From Octopus sinensis (lineage: Eukaryota), in NCBI RefSeq assembly GCF_006345805.1, contig NC_043017.1:7316001-7380000 (forward strand): a stretch of 64,000 nucleotides of DNA, written 5' to 3'. Below, in pieces: positions 25,331-38,670 of this stretch. Every line of letters starts with the position of its first letter. Within the stretch, counting starts at the first letter, position 1. A program made the position numbers and the translations under genes. The notes under the pieces were generated by a model. That model was not told the origin of the DNA, made no database searches, and saw only the letters and a list, made by a program, of their open reading frames with translations.

Positions 25331-25642
25331 GGATATCTCTGTTATGCATTAATTTTATTATGTTTTTTTTTCTTTTTACCAAAAAGGGCTTCTCTCCACC
25401 CCTCCCCCCGTTCCCAAGTGTGCAGCAAAAAAGATTGGATAGGGGTGGGGAGGGGTGATGGAAAGACCATAAATCCTCAAAACAATTTTTTTTCATAAAA
25501 AGCTTCCCCACATCATTTTAAAGGCTATAGTGATGATGATGATGATAATAATAATAATAATCTAGCTATTATAATAATTATCTAAATCATTATAATAATT
25601 ATCTAACCATTGTAATAGAGATGATTAATCATTATAAAAGTC

Positions 25643-25848
25643 ATTTAGCATTCAGATTACTGTGTCCAATGTAATGCTTATTTATTCACTAATTGTTCAT
25701 TATCTTTTCGCTTTGAAATATTGATGATGTCATAGCTTGCTTTTAGAATGAAATTGTAGGGTAGGTATGAGAAGCTGAATCTGGCTAGTTTGAACATAAA
25801 GCAGAATATTTTGGCCAGATATTGTCAGTTTAAATGCTAAATGGTTGA
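25643..25848 (+). mobile_element. piggyBac-like MITE, family 2 (diverged)
   Basis: tttagcattcagattac...aaatgctaaa ends; homologous to 39678-39900 and 62255-62450. Confidence 0.6.
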
Positions 25849-26612
25849 CCATTACAACTGAGCCAATCATCTAGCTGTTGTATTAGAACCTGCTATCTAA
25901 CCATTTTAATATTCATCTAACCATTATAATAGAACCATCTGACATTATAGTTGTTGTCTATCTCTTATATTAGAGCTGTCTATCTAACCATTCTAATATT
26001 CATTTTGAAAAGAATATAAGCATACCACAAGTGGAAAAAGGTTGCAGAGCCTTGATCTATCAAAATAATAGTGTCTGACTATTATGATAGTCTTATAACC
26101 ATCACAATGGAGCTGTCTAACCATTATAAAAGTCAACAAATTATATTACACCAGCCAGTTTCTATTATGTGTGTATGTGTGTATGCGTTATGCATATTAA
26201 TAATGGTATTTTGAGTGAAGACTCATTATTCACTTTAACTCCACCATTCAGGGTTTTGGTTGCCTTCAGGCAAGATATCACCCATGTGTATAGTGTAGTA
26301 TTGCTATCAATGAAGACATCGCTATAGACATGGTGTATATTATGGCTGTCAATGAAGATAGCCATATACATACTGTTTGTTGTGGGTTTACCTTTCTATT
26401 TAGATAAGACCTTATTTCTACAATGTTGCATAGAAAGTAGGAAATATTGATCTAAACAGGAATCCCATTGTGATCCTGTTTCTCCTGCATAGAAGGCCAT
26501 ATGGGCTGCAAACAGGATCTTTGATTATGCATGGCAACAATAGTTTCTGGAGAATGTTAGCTGGGACAGTAAATGGTTTAATTATGGAGTACTAGTAAAC
26601 ATTGTCATGTTA

Positions 26613-27003
26613 TAGGTGTGGCTATGTGGTAAGAAGCCTGCTTCCCAACCACATTGTTCTGGGTTCAGTCCCACTGTGTGACACCTGGGCCAAATGTCTT
26701 TTACTGTAGCTCCTGGTTGATCAAAGCCTTGTGAGTGGATTTGGTAGATGGAAACTGAAAGAACCCCATTCTGTGTGTGTATGAGTGAGTGATTACCTGT
26801 ATGTGTCTTTGTCTCCCACTACCACTGATAACCAGTGTTGGTTTGTTTACACCCCTGTAACTTAGTAGTTTGGCCAAGAGAGACTGACAGAATAACAAGC
26901 TTTGAAAAAAAAAAGAAGTACTAGTGTCTATTTATTTGAATAAAACCCTTCAATGTGGTGCTGTAGCATGGCTGTAGCCCAATGACTGAAACAGGTAAAA
27001 GAT
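26613..27003 (+). mobile_element. SINE family A
   Basis: Family motifs. Confidence 0.8.
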
Positions 27004-27334
27004 ATTTGGAATCAAAGACATAGTAGGTGTGTTATATTTTTAAACAGAATATTTCATTCTTCATTAACCCAGTTAACCTACAGATACAGGTATCGCCAGA
27101 TCATCTTGGAAAGTTACCTGTGATAGACTAAATGCTGTACCTAAGAGGAAAATCTGTCTCTCATCGGCTTAATGTCATGAAAGTAGAGCTAAGCAGCAGC
27201 AAACATTAACGAAACACTTTTTGGTTTAAGAGGCCTTTTGGATATAATACTGCACACATGCATACATAGACACACTCACATGCATGCACATGCTTCGGTA
27301 TACACACATGGATACAAGCACACACATAATACAA

Positions 27335-27445
27335 ACATAGACACATGGACACACAAATACATACACAAGCATGGACACACGGACACACACATGCAAGCAT
27401 GGACACACGGACACACACATGCAAGCATGGACACACGGGGTCACA
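27335..27445. repeat. ~28-bp tandem repeat x3 (caagcatggacacacggacacacacatg)
   Basis: Direct repeats. Confidence 0.8.
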
Positions 27446-27769
27446 CACACACAAATTACTACATATTGATAAATGATAATTGACGTATATCAATAATTAT
27501 ACATTGTGTACAGTGATTGATGAACATCTAATACATACATGCTTAAAAGGTTTGATGTATTTTTAATGGAACTTTTTGTCGCCGGCCATTATTGTCAATC
27601 CATTGGTGGATAAAAAAAGCTCTGTTTATCATTGTCAGCCATTGTCGATGTATTGCTGGATGTTATTTTTTCCCTTCGGTCTTCAAGTTCCTCATGTTTA
27701 AAATTAGTTTGATCTTGTCATGCCATCTCTTAACCCTGCAGCATTCAAATATAATACTTATTTGCATGG

Positions 27770-28080
27770 CTTAGGTGGTTAGGGTGTTCAGCTCATGATC
27801 ATAAGGTCATAAGTTCAATTCCTGGTGGTGGATGGTGCTCATGAGCAAGAGACTTTATTTCATGTTGCCCCAGTCCACTCAGCTGGCAAAAATGTGTTGT
27901 ACCTGTAATTCAAAGAGCCAGCCTTGTCACACTCTGTGTCACATTGAATCTCCCTGACAACCAGCTTAAGAGTACATGTGTCTGTGGAGTACTCAGCCAC
28001 TTGCATGTTAATTTCACAAGCAGGCTGTTCCATTGATTGGATCAACTGGAACTCTTGTTCTAACCGATAGAGCACCAGTT
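27770..28080 (+). mobile_element. tRNA/CORE-like SINE
   Basis: aagttcaattcc B-box-like, gagcaagagactttatttcatgttgccccagtccactcagctgg. Confidence 0.55.
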
Positions 28081-28142
28081 ATGATGATTATTTTATTATT
28101 TTCAGTCATTCTGGAGCAATGCTTTTAGTCAAACAAATCGCA

Positions 28143-28199
<57 letters not shown>

Positions 28200-28206
28200 T
28201 ATATCT

Positions 28207-28240
<34 letters not shown>

Positions 28241-28835
28241 TATGTACGTATGTGCATACATATGTATATGTCTATGTAAAATACAAAAAAGGAGTATTTG
28301 AATTTAACTGTTGTCTGTGAAAATAGTGACATATATATGTGTAGATGGATAAGCGTATATATGTGTATACTTTAAGATTATACATATGTGTGTGTGTGTT
28401 TTTGTGTTTATATGATTGTGTGTGCTTGTACATATGTATAGGTAGGTTTGTATTTGCATGTATGTATCTTAAGACATTGTATCCATTCTTAGAGGAACAT
28501 ATATATACAACCTTCGACAGAGTAAATAATATATACAACTTGAACAGTACATAAACATACATAAACATACGTTTACATGTACATACGCATATACACACAC
28601 GCAGACAAAACTAGACACTTATATACCTAAATACTAACATCCATCCATCAAACCATCAAACTATCATGAACTAACTGTTACTTTCCCAGATGCACCACCA
28701 AGTTTTGTCAGTGAACAGGTCGTGGTTTCAAACTGACGTAAATATTTTGACAAAAATTAAATTTAAATGTTGAAGTGAATCTAAGAGTTTTTTGTGTTTT
28801 TAAATGACTTATAAACATCTTCTACGCTGCAATTT

Positions 28836-28869
<34 letters not shown>

Positions 28870-28874
<5 letters not shown>

Positions 28875-29015
28875 TAAGTAGCTTGCTTACCAACCACATG
28901 GTTCTGGGTTCAGTCCCACTGCATGGCACCTTGGGCAAGTGTCTTCTACTATAGCCTTGGACGAACCAAAGCCTTGTGAGTGGATTTGGTAGACGGAAAC
29001 TGAAAGAAACCTGTC

Positions 29016-29091
<76 letters not shown>

Positions 29092-29190
29092 GTGTGTATA
29101 TGTTTGTGTACTCGGGTCGATTTGCTCAACTGGAGGCGGTGCTCCAGCATGGCTACAGTCAAGTGACTGAAACAAATAAGAGAATAAAGG
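28870..29190 (+). mobile_element. SINE family A with internal deletion
   Basis: Head and tail present, middle shortened. Confidence 0.8.
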
Positions 29191-29250
29191 AATAATAATA
29201 AAATGACAAACAAAAGAACGAGACCTTGTTATTATGAAAATAGAGGAATT

Positions 29251-29314
<64 letters not shown>

Positions 29315-29354
29315 TATACGCACACACACATGCACACAGACTCACACACACTCA

Positions 29355-29525
29355 TGTGCACTTGCAGTCTTCTTTTAGTTTCCATCTACCAGATTCAGTC
29401 ACAAGGCTTTGATTGGCCTGGAACTATAGCAAAAAACACTTGCCCAAGGTTCGAGGTGCCTGGCAGTGGGACTGAAACTGAAACCATATGGCTGGAAAGC
29501 GAACTTCTTAACTCACAGTCATGCC
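29355..29525 (-). mobile_element. SINE family A, 5' half
   Basis: Family motifs. Confidence 0.7.
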
Positions 29526-29928
29526 TATAAAATTTAAAAAAAAGAAAGTAATGTAGAGCTTTCATAAAATCTCAATATATCTTTTTAATGTTTATGTTTG
29601 TGGTTTTTATTTTTCATTGCAGACCTCATCCATGATTGATAAATTCTATCTGGTTTCTAAACGGAGTACCTCTTGGAATCTTTCATAGCATTAGAACATT
29701 ATATGGAATCATTTATGCCTGCCAAAATATATGGATTATTATTATTATTATTATTACTACCATAGCACCACAGCAGAATAACTTTATATTAAAGGGTAAG
29801 TCAATAGTTTTGTTATTTTTTTCATTAAACTTATGTCTCGGTTATATTTGATCTTTCCCTTTTTTAAATTTTTTTTTTGTATGATAAGGTGGTGAGTTGG
29901 CAAAATTTTTACCATGCTGGCCAAAATA

Positions 29929-30470
29929 CTAAGTTGAGGAAAAAGTTCATGCACCATGTTAAAATCTTGCCTTTTTATATATTTTTCTGGTGTGTGTGTT
30001 CATTCAGTTCATGTCATGTTCAATGGTGACTCACTCTGTGTGTGTGTGTGTACACCCAAGACTTGTTCATCGAAAATGTGCTTTGTTTCAACAAGACAAT
30101 GCAAAGCCTCACACTGCCAGAAAGACCAGCAACAAGATTGAAGAATTGGTTGATGTTGAAGTTCTGCCATGTCCAGCCTATGGTCCAGATGTTGCTTCAT
30201 CTGACTACGGTCTCTTCCAATCAGTGCAGCACTTTATGAAAGGTTGCCGATTAGAGTCATTCGATGAAGTTGAAGAGACCTGTCAAGAATTTTTCGATTC
30301 AAAGCCAAAGGGTTGATACTTTGACTAAACCCGGAGGCTTGCAGATCATTGGCAGAATGGTCATGGGAAATCATGGTCTTTATTTTGAAGAAAAGTTGTT
30401 GATTTTGTATAAATTCTTGCATAAGAAATCATGATTTTAACACGGCACACAAACTTTTTCCTCAACTTGG
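29929..30470 (+). mobile_element. Internally deleted mariner transposon inserted at TA inside a SINE B
   Basis: TIRs ctaagttgaggaaaaagttcatgcacc / ggcacacaaactttttcctcaacttgg with TA on both sides; frame QQDNAKPHTA...PAYGPDVASSDYGLF...EFFDSKP is a mariner DDD C-terminus with in-frame stops; SINE B halves at 29885-29926 and 30473-30670. Confidence 0.9.
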
Positions 30471-31110
30471 TATTTAGGGGAATTTTGTCTGTCTTTAAGA
30501 TCTGAGTTCAAATACCACCAAGGTTGACTTTGCATTTCATCCTTTCGGGGTTGATAAAATAAGTACGAGATGGACAGTGATGTGATATAATCAACTAGCC
30601 CCTACCCCAGAAATTAATATTTGGATAGCCCCTACACCTGAAATTATTTGCCTTGTGCCAGAATTTGCAAATGGTATTTTTCCTGAATGATAAGTTGGTA
30701 AGCTGGCAGAATTGTTAGCATGCCGGGCGAAATGTTTGGTGGTATTTCATCTGTAGCAGAGCTAAATGTTATATAGAAATATGTGAGTCAACCTGCACAG
30801 CAGATGAATATATTCATGAGGCGTCTTGCTTCACTTTGATACAGTAGCCTTGTTCTGAGCTACACTGTAGAAACTCTCAGTTCCTGCCAGGCTTTGGTCA
30901 AAGACACATGTCTTCTCTGCAGCTCCACATGCAATCTCCCACGTGTGACTCACATGTCTATTCACCTCGACACAAGATATATAGTTCATAAACAAAGATA
31001 TTTTATCACAAACACATTTTTAAAATGACTGTTCTCATTACACACATGCTACATTCTGAGCTCAAAATATGCTGAGGTCAACTTTATCTTTCATCCTTTG
31101 AGGGTCGATA

Positions 31111-31655
31111 CTGGTATCTGCCATGACAGCATCTTTACTTGGCCTGATGAGTTTTCTTCTCAAGCACTGAATAATGCCAAATGGTCTCAGTCCTTGCCTC
31201 CATGAGGCCCAACGCTCGAAAGGTGCTTTTACATTCCTCTGATGCAGGTGCCATTTGTGTGTCACTGGTATCTGCCACGACTGCGGTTTTACTTGGCTTG
31301 AAGGATCTTCTCAAGCACAGAATATCACCAAAGGTCTCGGTCACTAGTCATTGCCTCTGTGTCACCCAAAGTTCAAAGATCATGCTTCACCACCTCATCT
31401 CATGTCTTCCTGGGTCTACCTCTTCCACAGGTTCTCTCCACAGTTAAGAATCGGCACTTCTTTACACTGCTGTCCTCATCCATATGCATCGCATCTGATT
31501 CCTCTTATGCCTAAATTTTCTCTCAAGATGCTTACACTCTGTCGAGCATGCACACTGACATTGCACATCCAGCAAAACATCCTAGCTTCATTTCTTTCAA
31601 GGCCTATGCATGTCCTCGACTGTCACAGCCCATGTTTCACTGCCATATATACATT
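31111..31655 (-). mobile_element. RTE LINE 3' fragment with a duplicated 3' end
   Basis: 31345-31655 is homologous to 880-1163; ~87-bp tail block at 31111-31197 and 31265-31350. Confidence 0.8.
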
Positions 31656-31734
31656 TATATCTTTATGTAGTTACATGCTTCTGTAGCTGTTTGTTTGTGT
31701 GTGTGTGTGTGTATGTGTGTGTGTGTGTATAGCT

Positions 31735-31924
31735 ATTTCTTTTACTTGCTTCATCCACTGGACTGTGTCCATGCTGGTGCACTACATTCAGGGGTTTAGT
31801 TGAACAAATCAACCCTAGTACTTATTATATTAGTCTGTTTTGCCGAACTGCTAAGTTACAGGGACATAAACATGCTAACACCAATTACCAAGCAATGGTA
31901 GTGGTGGTGATGGTGTTGGTGGGG

Positions 31925-31969
<45 letters not shown>

Positions 31970-32125
31970 ACAAGCTTCCTCACAATTTCCGTCTGCCAAA
32001 CTCACTCTCAAGGCATTGGTCATCCTCGGCCCATCGTAGAAGACACTTGCCTAAGGTGCTGCACAGTGGGACTGAACCAGAGGCCAGACAGTTGCACAAT
32101 GAGCTTCTTAACCACACATTTGTGT
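31735..32125 (-). mobile_element. Diverged SINE family A
   Basis: Family motifs. Confidence 0.7.
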
Positions 32126-32699
32126 ACAGGTCTATAAATATGTTTATTGTTATATATTTACATATTTATATATTTATATATATTTATTTATATGTTTATG
32201 TATGTTTATGCTGAATGTATTATGTTTATTTTCGTGTTATATAACATATGTTGTATATATTTATATATGTTTGAGCATTTATTTTCACATCTACCTTTCA
32301 AGTGATTTTGTTTTTGTTTTTTTGTTCCATTTTTTTTTTATTTAAAAAAAAAACAACAAATTATATTTTGGCACATTTCCCAAGGAAAATAAGAGCTATT
32401 TTTTCACAGTTTTATTGTACTGTGTATGTATGGTGAAGCACAAAGCATAGACACACACTAACACATTCACCAACATTTACATAAAAATAGGTAAACACAA
32501 ATTTACATATACAGGTGCATGAATTACACAATCATGTACAAATTTGAAGGGAGTGTTTCAGCAAAGATGTGGCCTTGATGGCAAAAACAAACAGATAAAC
32601 ATATGCAAATAAACATTTGGGGTAGCCATGTATCTTCTCTACAGCAAGACACCTGTTTCTGTCCCTCTGTCATATTTTAACCTCTCATCACCTGGCTCA

Positions 32700-32752
32700 A
32701 AATTCACTAGCCCCAAGATTCCGAGTTCACTTCCTAGCAGTGACCTGAAGAA
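32700..32752 (+). mobile_element. tRNA-like SINE head of the same family as 52800-52877, followed by (TAC/TGC)n
   Basis: cccaagattccgagttc...gcagtgacctgaa. Confidence 0.6.
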
Positions 32753-33357
32753 TACTACTACTACTACTACTGCTGCTACTGCTGCTGCTGCTGCTACTAC
32801 TACTACTACTACTACTGCTACTACTGTTGCTGCTGCTGCTGCTACTACTACTACTACTACTACTACAACACCCTGCTCATTTGAGCAGGGGGTCTTGTCT
32901 TGCAAGTTAACCTGGCAGCCTAACTTGGTGCTAGTATCATGTAAAAAGCACCCAGTACATTTTGTTAAGTAGTTGCCATTAGGAAAGGAATTCAGCTACT
33001 GAGACCATACCAAAGCTGACAATGGGGGTCTGGTGCAGTTCCCTACCATACCAGCTCCTGTTGAACCATTTTGCCCATTTAACCCGTGCCAGTATGGAAT
33101 ACAGGTGATGATGATTATAAAACACACGTGTGCGCCCACACGTGTGTTTAATCACACTCACACACAAACATATGGATACTCATTCGCTGAAACTCACATA
33201 GATGCACAAATTTAGGACAAAACTGTCTGCTGTAAAATCATCTTCATTGCTTTGTTCATTCAGCATTCACTTTTCTGTACTTGCATGGGTCAAAAAGCAA
33301 TTCATTGATCAGACTTTCTGCATCTATATGCCTTTCAAGCATATAAAATATATATTT

Positions 33358-33598
33358 CATCATCGTTTAATGTCCGTTTTCCATGCTGGCATGGGTTGGA
33401 CGGTTCGACCAGGGATCTGGGAAGCCAGAAGGCTGCACCAGGCTCCAGTCTGATCTGGCAGTGTTTCTACAGCTGGATGCCCTTCCTAATGCCAACCACT
33501 CTGCTAGTGTAGTGGGTGCCTTTTACGTGCCACTGGCACAGGTGCCAGGAGAGGCTGGCAAACGGCCACGATCGGATTGGTGCTTTTTATGTGCCACT
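33358..33598 (-). mobile_element. SINE-like family C
   Basis: Close match to 434-680. Confidence 0.85.
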
Positions 33599-33689
33599 GA
33601 ATATATATATATATATATATATATATGGCTGCATTCTAATGACTGAAACAAGTTAAAGGTAGGAAAAAAATGGATACATACATACATGT

Positions 33690-33731
<42 letters not shown>

Positions 33732-34714
33732 CGGGTGGATGGAAGTATATGTATGCACACACAAACAAAAGAAAGTTACATATATAAATACTTTTTTTAT
33801 CTTATATGTATATCTAGAAACGTGTGGATACACTTGCATGCAAATGTATACCCCAAAAGAAACATACAGACACTCACTCATATATGTTTATGTATATATA
33901 TATGTTTATGTATATGCATGTATATATATATATGTATATACTTTCCTTGTATTATCTTAACTTGAAGAATTACTATTGCACTTTGTTTATATCATCTCCC
34001 ATTTGCTTAGCTCAGACCTTAGACCATTCTGTGGAATTTTGAAGAATTATTGTTGTTGCTGTTGTTGTAAACAGATTTACAGAGTTTGTATCGGTTACAT
34101 GGTGGATCTTTGAGGTGCTTTTAAGTAATATTCCTGCTTCATTCAACAAGTTCTATCACCACCGCCTCTCTGCTGCCAATACCACCCCCACCACTTTCAC
34201 TAATGAAATTAGTATCACCACCCCCACCACCACCACTGTTGCCTCCCCCACTTCTTAAGTAATCCGAATCAATACAGATGACTTTGGTCAATTAGCAAAG
34301 TTTTTTATGTAATTACTTCGCTCTTCCAGCTGGTTTCAGTCTAACTTGTTGATTTGGAAGATGTGTGTGTGTGTACATGTGTGTGTGTATGTATATATGT
34401 ATGTGTGTGTACATATATACACATACATGTATGTATATATATATATCAGTAAATACCGATAATCATCATCCTCATAATTGGTATGTCTATTCTTCCGTGA
34501 TGGCATGGATCGGATGAGTCATAATAGTCTGTGTCAGTTCTTATTTGGGGTTACTACTGCCATTGGTAGATAATTCCATGGCGTGGCTTACATAGTCAAC
34601 ATCTCATTTGTAATATAAACACATGTATTACACTGCACCCTTGTCGCTCTTAGTGACGGTGAATTATTTCCTTGTTGGTTTCAAATTGTTGCTAACCACC
34701 TGGATTATTTTGGT

Positions 34715-34944
34715 CTTTTATTATTTGTTTCAGTCGTTTGACTGCAGCCATGCTGGAGCACCATCTTTAGTCGAGTATATCGATTCCAGGCCATTTTCTT
34801 TGTAAGCCTGGTACTTATTTTATCTGTCCCTTTTGCCGAACTGCTAAGTTACAGGGATGCAAACACACCAACATCGGTTGTCAAGCAATGGTGGGAGGAC
34901 AAACACAGACACCAAGACACACATACATACATACATACATACTT

Positions 34945-34975
<31 letters not shown>

Positions 34976-35137
34976 ATGGGCTTCTTTCAGTTTCCATCTA
35001 CCAGATCCACTCACAAGGCTTTGGTTGACCCAAGACTATAGTACAAGACACTTGCCCAAGGTGCCATGCAGTGGGACTGAACCCGGAACCATGTGGTTGG
35101 GAAGCAAGCTTCTTACCACACAGCCATGCCTGCACCT
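34715..35137 (-). mobile_element. SINE family A, full length
   Basis: Family motifs. Confidence 0.85.
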
Positions 35138-35537
35138 ATACACCTTCGTGTATATGAAGCATTCTATACAAGCAGATATTATCGTGATATATACATTCTT
35201 CTTGAAATGTTTAGCTGAAAGCTTTAAACGTTCCAGCTCAAACTGTAAACATTTAAGAGCCACCAGTCATGTTATCTGGATATTTTTACGTATCATTTAT
35301 ATTTTCTTTTGTACTCTCATTTAATCACGTTTCTGTTAAGCACTTTTTAAATGAATAACTATTTATTCTCACGCACAAACATACATATACACACACGAGC
35401 GTGTTTTAGGTTACAAACTAAAGAATGAGTTCTTCATGCTTATAGATAGTAAGTGGAATTTATTTGAAAACAGCTGATATATATATATATATATTTGTGG
35501 TGCAAGATTTTTTATGTGAAGTCGTGTGTTGAAACAG

Positions 35538-35698
35538 ATATTGTTATATTTCGAAATATGGTCATTTTGCCAGTTTAGCCGAAATAAGATTAAGATTAAT
35601 GTAAAAAATAAATAACACTGAAGCAAAATAACACCAAATATATAGTGTGTGTGTTTTTATTGGCTAAACTGGCAAAATGACCATTCCGAAATATAACA

Positions 35699-35702
<4 letters not shown>
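35538..35702. repeat. Inverted repeat, 43/41-bp arms, ~81-nt spacer
   Basis: atattgttatatttcgaaatatggtcattttgccagtttagcc (35538-35580) vs ggctaaactggcaaaatgaccattccgaaatataacaatat (35662-35702). Confidence 0.9.
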
Positions 35703-35745
<43 letters not shown>

Positions 35746-35828
35746 TATTTATTCGTATAAAAGAAGGAAAAGAAAATGGAGATTGGGAAGTTAATAAGTG
35801 TTTATTATTAACACCAAATTAATCATCG

Positions 35829-35903
35829 TCCCTTACAGCTGTTTCAATTAATACTTGGTAAATATTATATTTATATGACCTGAGCACAATATCTTCAGAG
35901 GGA
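35829..35903 (-). ncRNA. Type I hammerhead ribozyme motif with long stem II
   Basis: Minus strand UCCCU-CUGAAGA-[46-nt irregular hairpin]-GAAA-CAGCUG-UA-AGGGA; stem I 5 bp, palindromic stem III ACAGCUGU, GUA site. Confidence 0.6.
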
Positions 35904-36897
35904 AAAAAATATACCCTTGGATGTTTTATATGTGTTTATGGATTCATTATTATATATATATATATACTATATATATATATACCTATTATTTTAAGGAAAT
36001 TAATTCCTCCAAAATACTAGGTATCGAACCAGTATTTCCTTGGGTGAAACCTTCCCTTCTTGAGGTTAACACAACCTCTAATCAAAGTATATATATATCA
36101 TCATCATAATCGTCGTTTAACGTCCACTTTCCATGCTGGCATGGGTTGGACGGTTTGACTGAGGACTGGTGAGCCAGAAGGCTGTGTGCGTGCGTGTGTG
36201 TGTGTGTGTGTGTGTTGAGTGCAAATGTTGCTGTATATACCTGGTCCCTAAAAAAACCACAACAGATGGGGGAAGGGGACACTCTGTGACTCCTTCAGTT
36301 GAACCCATGCCAATTTGGAAAAACAGATGTAAATGATGACGACAATGACGGTAGTTATAACGTTTATAGTCACAGTAATGGCACTAATAGTGGTGGTGGT
36401 GGTGGCTGCAGCAGCAGTGATGACAATGATGGTGGTTGCTGTAGTGATGATGATCATGATGATCATGATGGTGGTGGTTGTTGTGATGAAGCTATTTTAT
36501 TAGTTATACTGTAGATACAACAACCAAGCAAGCTGATACATTCATTGTTATCTTGTCTCGGGCTCTTTTTTCCTTCTTTGACTTAATCTAATAAATGCTG
36601 TTATGTCTATTAGATATTTGGTCATCTCCATCACGCAGTTATTGCTATCTTCCTAGTTCTCTCTCTCTCTCTCTCACATCTACCTACTTCAAGAAATCAC
36701 TTACATACTATTTGTGGTCACCAATTTAACCTACTTTATTGATTTTTTTTTTCTTTTTTTTCTTTTTAGTATATTTTTGGTATTTTTGCCAAATAGTTCT
36801 TTTGGGTTGTTTTATTGAATTTGGCAATACCAAAATAGTTAACTCTTCTAAAATCAGAAAACTGATCTCTCTCACTCTTTCTCTCTCTTTTCTTGCT

Positions 36898-36940
<43 letters not shown>

Positions 36941-37249
36941 TCATCATCATCATCATCGTTTAGCATCCGCTTTCCATGGTATACATATATATATATATAT
37001 GTATAGGCATTTTTTTCGATGGACCCATAACTGAAGAGATGCTGGTGTGGGTTTCCGCCCTGACAGCCAAAACTGGGAGTTTTATCATGGCTGCCAAATA
37101 ATTGTCACATATATTTAAAGATAAATTCCTCTATTTACATAATATCGAGGTCTCTTTCATTCTTTTGTTGCCTTATACACGCACACACATATACACAAAG
37201 AAACATATATGCACACATACAAACATGTTAACACACTCACACACACACA

Positions 37250-37294
<45 letters not shown>

Positions 37295-38003
37295 TCATTC
37301 TTGGGATTCTGTCCATGCTGGGGCATGCTGAATGTGTGTGTGTGTCTGTGCACACATGTGTATGCATCTGTGTGTTTGTTTCTCTCTGCTTCCTGCTTGT
37401 TCTTGCTATGTTTGCAACCTCATAACTTAGCAGTTTGCCAATAAGAAACTGATGGAATAAAATTCCAGGCTTAAAATAAACACTGGGTTTGATTTGACCC
37501 AACTAAACATTTCAAGGCTCTGCCCCTGTATAGGTGTAGTCCCAAAACAACAACACACACACACACACACCACACACACACAAACACAGAATATTGTTCA
37601 TTGTCAACATAAAGGCAACCATTGCGCTTTCTGTTAATATTCTGATCTTGCTCTTCTTATTGTCATCATCAGCACTGTGTTTTTTAATTAACAGAGTGAT
37701 TATAAAAGTACTATTTGAAAAGGTCATGGCTATCTTGATCTCTCACACTCTCCTTCTCACTCTCTCTCTCTCTCTTTCTCTCTCTTCCTCTCTCTCCACA
37801 CACACACACTCACACACATGCACACACAGGTGTGGGCAAAAGTAGGCATCCAGTTGCTTAATCTGCGTGAAATGTTTTCATTCTTCTATTTCTTTCCTAG
37901 AATAAGAATTTCGCTCACGTGTTAAGCAACGTTATGCCTACTTTTGCCCTTCCTTGAACACACACAAACATATACACTCACACACACACACACATATATA
38001 TAT

Positions 38004-38216
38004 GAAACGTTAGCACGCCGGGCGAAATGCGTTGCCGTATTTCGTCTGCCGTTACGTTCTGAGTTCAAATTCCGCCAAGGTCGACTTTGCGTTTCATCCT
38101 TCCGGGGTCGATAAATTAAGTACCAGTTACGCACTGGGGTTAATGTAATCGACTTAATCCCTTTGTCTGTCCTTGTTTGTCTCCTCTGTGTTTAACCCCT
38201 AGTGGGTAGTAAAGAA

Positions 38217-38218
<2 letters not shown>
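38004..38218 (+). mobile_element. SINE family B (low divergence)
   Basis: CpGs retained; family motifs. Confidence 0.9.
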
Positions 38219-38249
<31 letters not shown>

Positions 38250-38429
38250 TACATATACACAATGAACTTTATGCAGTTGCTGTCTATTAAATTCATTCAG
38301 AAAGTAGTGGTTGGCTTGGAGCTGCTGTGGTAGAGTAGAAAACACTTGCCCAAGGTGCCGAGCAGTGAGACTGAACCCAAAATCCAAGTGTTTGCAAAGC
38401 GAGATTATGATTCTCAACCACATAACTAT

Positions 38430-38670
38430 GTCTGCACCCAACATTGGTTTTTTGAGTCGAGACATATTTGACTGCTATTTCGTGCACCTCGAACAGCCAC
38501 GTACAGGCTTCCTCATTGCCGTTCATACGTTGTCAATTTTGCAGAGAATGCAACAGACCGGTTTTCTGGTGCATATTTTCTGTGCATTATTTTGGGACCG
38601 ATGCCATTGTATTCTGTGCACTGCAGAACCAGATATGCTGCAACCATTTTTGTTGTGTACATTTTAAATG
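38430..38670 (-). mobile_element. Possible Tc1/mariner-superfamily transposase relic
   Basis: KWLQHIWF...PK*CTENMHQKTGLLHS then AKLTT after a frameshift resembles IWFSDE...W..ENP...LHS.K.TVW; stops and a frameshift are required. Confidence 0.3.

Larger units (their letters stand above)
24170..26135. repeat. Old degenerate ~22-bp satellite (ctaaccattataatagagctgt) fragmented by later insertions
   Basis: Motif recurs at 24170-24430, 25560-25630 and 25850-26135. Confidence 0.6.
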
